A DNA stretch of 64,000 nt from Spirochaetia bacterium. Lineage in GTDB: Bacteria; Spirochaetota; Spirochaetia; UBA9216. The first letter of the stretch is position 1; every line of letters begins with the position of its first letter. Of the stretch, positions 59,546 to 64,000 are shown piece after piece. The position numbers and the translations under genes were made by a program. The notes beneath the pieces were generated by a model that saw only the letters and a program-made list of their open reading frames with translations, searched no databases and was not told where the DNA came from. Where the stretch lies: NCBI GenBank assembly GCA_963675665.1, contig OY776510.1, forward strand, positions 4,224,001 to 4,288,000. The letters run 5' to 3'.

Positions 59546-60589
59546 TCAGAACCTGTAGCTTGAACCAAGAGAGATACCTATTGTACCTGCCGAATCAAAA
59601 TCAGTTATGTACTGACCGCCGACTTCCAGATAAAATGAATCAGAAATATAATATGCTACGCTTCCGCCGAAATCAAAAACAAGTGAACTGCCCGATATAA
59701 ACATTCCGTCATTCATGGAAATGCCACCCATGCTTGCAGTTCCCGAACCATATGCTGAAATAAACAGGTCCCGGGTTAATCCTGAAATAATATTCATGCC
59801 AAACGCATAACCGTGCGCCAGAGCGGTTTTATCGATAGTCAGATTATATGCCAGACCGGCTGAGGTCTTGGTAGACTCACTGATATAAAATCCCGCACCG
59901 ACCATAAAGTTGAACCCCATAGAGAATCCGATGTTGTTTAAAATAGAATCATAATAGCCTAGAAGCATTCCCATTCCGATCAGTAGATCTGAAGCATCAC
60001 CTAATTTGCCCATACCGGTATATCCCAGATCAAGTCCGATATCCATGCCGCCGCCTTCAAGTGCATAATCAATCCATGGTTTAATATGAAAATTTAATGC
60101 GGGCTGCTCTCCTGCTATGCCGGCTGCAACATGCAGAACAGAACCGCTTTCAAACATCAGATAGGAAAAATCCGGAACAATTGAAATTACCATTTTCTTT
60201 TTCTCAATTTCTTCTGCATCAGTATTATCTTCAGTAACTTTATCCAGCATTCTTGTTCTTATTGTCGAAGAATTTGCAACTGTGTTATTGATAGTTGAAG
60301 CTATTGCGGAAAAAGACTGAATAACACTTCCTCCGGTGCTCGCAGGATACAGATCTTCAATTATGTCAAGGAGCCATTGTTCATAAGTTCCGTCCATGAA
60401 ATCATCGTATGTAAACGTCCTTGTGTTTTCAAAAAAAGTAATTGTATAAGTCAGGTCATCATTTACAGTAATGGTATAGTCGTAATATTCTCCGGTATAC
60501 GGATGAGGGATCTGTGCAGTATATGTATATGCTGCAAATAAAGACGCCGAAACTGTTATAAAAAGCAGTATTAAAATAATCTTTTTCAT
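59546..60589 (-). CDS. Predicted outer-membrane beta-barrel protein with small N-terminal domain
   Basis: Signal peptide; alternating Gly/aromatic strands; ends ISLGSSYRF. Confidence 0.68.
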   Translation of the reverse strand: MKKIILILLFITVSASLFAAYTYTAQIPHPYTGEYYDYTITVNDDLTYTITFFENTRTFTYDDFMDGTYEQWLLDIIEDLYPASTGGSVIQSFSAIASTINNTVANSSTIRTRMLDKVTEDNTDAEEIEKKKMVISIVPDFSYLMFESGSVLHVAAGIAGEQPALNFHIKPWIDYALEGGGMDIGLDLGYTGMGKLGDASDLLIGMGMLLGYYDSILNNIGFSMGFNFMVGAGFYISESTKTSAGLAYNLTIDKTALAHGYAFGMNIISGLTRDLFISAYGSGTASMGGISMNDGMFISGSSLVFDFGGSVAYYISDSFYLEVGGQYITDFDSAGTIGISLGSSYRF

Positions 60590-60604
60590 TTTTTCTTCCT
60601 TTTT

Positions 60605-61279
60605 CTATTTGATTCTTTCTATTAATTTCAATACAGCCGCACGAACAGCCCGTTCAGTCGATAATCCGACCGTAGACTGATCGAACGGAAGATCCGCGTT
60701 CATCCATATTGACTGGGAAAAAGACGAGGCTTCACCAATACCGGAGGCAGGTATAAATTTTCCGCTTTCAGAATCAAGAAGCCGCAACTGGATCCCTATA
60801 ATTGTTGTCTTTTCTTCCTCAGCCGCTCCGGCAACAACCTTTTCGTTCTGCCTGATTGCAAAATCATATATTTCCGCATAGATAAAATAATCAGGAGTTT
60901 GCAACGTCCCGATCTCAAAATCATCTTCATCAATTGTTATTCCGCTGGCTTTCATTTTCCAGTTTTCGAGTATCTTGTCGCGCATTGATTCTTTTTCCTC
61001 GATGAAACTGAATCGCCCTGATTCATAACAGATGTCAATTATCCTGCTGCACATACCCCACCCGACCCTTTGATCATTGAGTTCAGGATATCTGGTCAGT
61101 GTTTCAGCCGGGATTGAAAACTCAACAATCTGGACATCCAGCGGTTCACCTGAATATGGAGGAAAACTGATCTTTTCAACCGAAGCACCGGCAGCATCCT
61201 TATGAGCTTCTGTTGTTACTGATGCACAACCTGAAAGGACTGGCAAAATGATAAGTAAAATAACAATATTTCGTTTCAT
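60605..61279 (-). CDS. CsgG/HfaB-family lipoprotein
   Basis: Lipobox LSGC; ESGRFSFIEE, DYFIYAEIYDF, IGIQLRLLDSESG..G.GEA; start ATG 61279. Confidence 0.75.
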   Translation of the reverse strand: MKRNIVILLIILPVLSGCASVTTEAHKDAAGASVEKISFPPYSGEPLDVQIVEFSIPAETLTRYPELNDQRVGWGMCSRIIDICYESGRFSFIEEKESMRDKILENWKMKASGITIDEDDFEIGTLQTPDYFIYAEIYDFAIRQNEKVVAGAAEEEKTTIIGIQLRLLDSESGKFIPASGIGEASSFSQSIWMNADLPFDQSTVGLSTERAVRAAVLKLIERIK

Positions 61280-61384
61280 AATTTTCCACCTAAAACATGC
61301 ATACACATATCATCACAACCTACCGTGATTACCTTTATGCTATATTCTTCGATATGAGTATCATGCAAACGGAACAGACTGTCA

Positions 61385-61489
61385 TCAGTAATATTACTGA
61401 AAACAAATCGGTATTTTTACTGTATTCAGGATTTAAATCAGAACAGGTATTTAAAATGTTTTTGTAAATGATGGCAGTTGAATTACTGC
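61385..61489. promoter_or_regulatory. Three CAGT-N6-ACTG-type palindromic boxes upstream of the CsgG-like operon
   Basis: TCAGTAATATTACTGA (61385-61400, perfect), TCGGTATTTTTACTGT (61408-61423), GCAGTTGAATTACTGC (61474-61489). Confidence 0.65.
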
Positions 61490-61525
61490 AACAGGTGCAG
61501 CGTTTACAGACTTTTCAGTATCTGT

Positions 61526-64000
61526 TTAATTGCTGCTATAGAGTTTATTAATCAATTCTACCCGGTTTTGTGTACCTGTTTTCTGAAAGAGATGGCTAAG
61601 GTGTGAGGAAACTGTACGCGGAGAAACGGAGAGTTCGTTTGCAATTTCCTTATCCTGCAGTCCAAGACGGACAAGCTCCACTACCCTCTGTTCTGCTTTT
61701 GTTATTCCGAAGTTTACCCTTTCCTGATGAGAAGGCTCAGAGATTATTCCGGCGGCAATCCGGCTTAAACGCTCGGTGCTTTGCCTGTCTTTAACAGCCT
61801 GCATATAAGATGATTTATGGCTTTCAACAAGGTTTCGCACCTTAAGCAGCAGTTCGTTTCCAATAAACGGCTTCTGAATATAATCTACCGCACCGGTTTT
61901 CAACCCCTCTGCTTTCTCCATAGGGTCGGCCAGCGCTGTAAGATAGATGAAAGGGAGATTACTGTAACCGTTGTTATTAAGAAGGTTCCGACGAAAGCCG
62001 AAACCACTCATTCCGGGCATCATTACATCACATATAATCAAAGACAGCGGAGGTCCGGTTGTAAGCCAGGAAAGAGCATCCTCTCCGCTGGAGCACCATT
62101 TCAGGTTGTATTCAGACGACAGGAGGTCCTGCAGGACAATCCACATGTCAGGATTATCCTCGACAATCAGGATTGTATCCTTCTTATCATCTTTTACACC
62201 GTCATTTTCCTGTTTGGGGAACAATAATCCGGGTTCCACACGCTCCTGCCTGCGGCTGTATAGTGTCTGATCTGCAGAACCATCAGCCGTAATTAGTCCG
62301 CCGCTATCTGCTGCCTGCATTATGATGGAAAATTCCGAACCTTCTCCCGGCCGTCCTTCAGCTTCAAGCCCCCAGCCGTGCCTTTCTGCAATCTCTCTGA
62401 CCAGAGCAAGCCCCAGGCCGGCGCCTTCCCTGTGTCTTTCCCTGCTTTCTTCCGCCTGAGTGAATCGTTTAAAAATCTGCGATTTATCCTCAGGTGTAAA
62501 ACCGATTCCGGAATCTTCGACGGTTAATACAATCTTTTCATTATCCTGAGTTTTACTCATTATGATCCTGATTCCGCCGTTTTCTGTAAATTTCAGAGAG
62601 TTATTCAGTAAATTAAGCACGGCTGTTTCAAGCAAAGAATGATCAGCCTTTATAAAAACTTTTTCTGCTCCCGTACGGTTGTCAACGGTCAGATAAAGCC
62701 CCTTTTTTTCGGCAAGAGATTCCAGTTCCGCTGCAAGCCCGCGGCAGTAGCCTATCAGCTCTATTAATTGCGGTTCGTATACCATTGTTCCGAGATCAAG
62801 CCTTGAAAAATCAAGCAGCTGGTTGATCTGATTTTTAAGCCTTATGACATTACGCTCAATCAGACTGAAAACATGGTTTTCAGAGTCAAGTTTTTTTCCG
62901 TAACGGCCGTTCTTGATACCTTCAAGCGGTACGGAAAGCAGCGTAAGAGGGGTGCGCAATTCATGTGATACGTTCGCTATAAAATTGGTTTTACTCCGGT
63001 CAAGCTGTTTAAGCTGCTCCAGCGCTTCATTGAGCTCGGCTGTACGCTCTTTAACCTTCTTATCAAGAGCATTGCGCTCAGCAAGCAGTTCGTTTGTGTT
63101 TGCCTTTAGAGAATCGAGTTGTTTGCTGATTACATCCTGCGACTCCCGGAACATTGCAGTAACTTTTTTCAACTTTTCCCGCCAGTTCAAAGAAAGCAGA
63201 ACAAGAGAGAAAGAAAGCGCTGATATTATAATTCCTGATTCCACAGGCAGGATCTTCGAAGAAATAAATAATCTGCTGAAATAAACGATCGGGAAAATAA
63301 CTGCCCCGGACATTGCGGCAGCAAACCAGATCACGGGCGAAGACAGCTGTGTTCTCCAGCCTACCCTGATCCAGAATGAGTATGGATTATCCTTCACAGG
63401 GATTACCTTTACATTTGTCTTTTGCTTAACAGAAAGTTCAATAAAGGCCCGGTGTACAGAAGGAACCGCATTTAAAATACCCCCAACTGCATTGGAGCGG
63501 TATAGTCCGAACATCCCGGTCTGCACCTGCTTTCGGAGATTAATCCTTATCCGAAAACTTCTCAGACCGCTTTGGAATTCCATATTGTAGAGATTATTTG
63601 TGCGCAACTGCCATTCCTGAAAACTTTCTTCAAGAGAAAGCTCCGACTTAAGAAAGATTGCCTTAGCCAGTGTGCTGTAGTTTTTAAATCCGTAATAGAA
63701 TGCTTTTGCAGCAAAAAGTTCATCGTTAGAGAGGGACCGTAAAAGATTGACAGCCAGACACATAAACTCAAAACTGACCATGACTCCTTCCTTGTTGAAA
63801 AAGTCGCGATCCATCCGGTATTTTTCAGGAATACAGCTGTTCAGAAATCCAACAGCTTCATCCGAAAGCTTTCCGCCCAGGACGGCCTGATCATCTTTAG
63901 AACCCGGCAAAAGGTACTCATCCTCAATATAATAGAACATCACCGTTACATTGACTATTGAAATATAGCCGCTTTTATTGTTCCCGTCATCAACTATCCA
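61526..64000 (-). CDS. Hybrid sensor histidine kinase-receiver-LuxR HTH (5' end beyond window)
   Basis: SHELRTPLT, NLLNNSLKFT, DSGIG, GAGLGL; REC IVEDN..CDVMMP..KP; LuxR DKEIANELSVSPRTVSSH; frame open from 63943 to window edge. Confidence 0.9.
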   Translation of the reverse strand, partial: WIVDDGNNKSGYISIVNVTVMFYYIEDEYLLPGSKDDQAVLGGKLSDEAVGFLNSCIPEKYRMDRDFFNKEGVMVSFEFMCLAVNLLRSLSNDELFAAKAFYYGFKNYSTLAKAIFLKSELSLEESFQEWQLRTNNLYNMEFQSGLRSFRIRINLRKQVQTGMFGLYRSNAVGGILNAVPSVHRAFIELSVKQKTNVKVIPVKDNPYSFWIRVGWRTQLSSPVIWFAAAMSGAVIFPIVYFSRLFISSKILPVESGIIISALSFSLVLLSLNWREKLKKVTAMFRESQDVISKQLDSLKANTNELLAERNALDKKVKERTAELNEALEQLKQLDRSKTNFIANVSHELRTPLTLLSVPLEGIKNGRYGKKLDSENHVFSLIERNVIRLKNQINQLLDFSRLDLGTMVYEPQLIELIGYCRGLAAELESLAEKKGLYLTVDNRTGAEKVFIKADHSLLETAVLNLLNNSLKFTENGGIRIIMSKTQDNEKIVLTVEDSGIGFTPEDKSQIFKRFTQAEESRERHREGAGLGLALVREIAERHGWGLEAEGRPGEGSEFSIIMQAADSGGLITADGSADQTLYSRRQERVEPGLLFPKQENDGVKDDKKDTILIVEDNPDMWIVLQDLLSSEYNLKWCSSGEDALSWLTTGPPLSLIICDVMMPGMSGFGFRRNLLNNNGYSNLPFIYLTALADPMEKAEGLKTGAVDYIQKPFIGNELLLKVRNLVESHKSSYMQAVKDRQSTERLSRIAAGIISEPSHQERVNFGITKAEQRVVELVRLGLQDKEIANELSVSPRTVSSHLSHLFQKTGTQNRVELINKLYSSN

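Noticed and set aside
58939-61279. Curli operon
   Set aside because: No curlin-repeat subunits or recognisable CsgE/CsgF.
1-64000. tRNA, rRNA, transposase, integrase or phage genes
   Set aside because: None recognised; intergenic spaces are short and otherwise accounted for.

Overview
A 64-kb chromosomal window from a free-living-type spirochaete (class Spirochaetia). The assignment rests on a spiro-SPASM gene, a short AlaS, an orphan FliG paralogue and a CapD-DegT-XDH-like block. Housekeeping genes: xseAB, ligA, dnaE, yggT, recG, rsmD, hisZ-hisG-hisB, rlmN, alaS, dtd. There are two surface-glycan loci (spiro-SPASM/GT/SpsF/PseG-methyltransferase fusion; wzz-loaP-capD-degT), an XDH-like trio with degenerate Moco motifs and a small accessory block of detox-type genes. 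Also present: a TonB/ExbBD/TBDR set, a PDE-FliG-MshEN cluster, a split-YeeE/YeeD/TrxR/rhodanese sulfur cluster, and a hybrid kinase-LuxR gene above a CsgG-like outer-membrane operon. I found no rRNA, tRNA, CRISPR array or transposase. The most notable unannotated signals are: (1) a multi-hairpin intercistronic element with compensatory base changes, present three times directly upstream of ribosome-binding sites; (2) a stand-alone MshEN c-di-GMP-receptor peptide coupled to FliG; (3) widespread leaderless sigma70- and sigma28-type promoters; (4) several perfect operator palindromes. All calls come from manual reading; no database searches were run.
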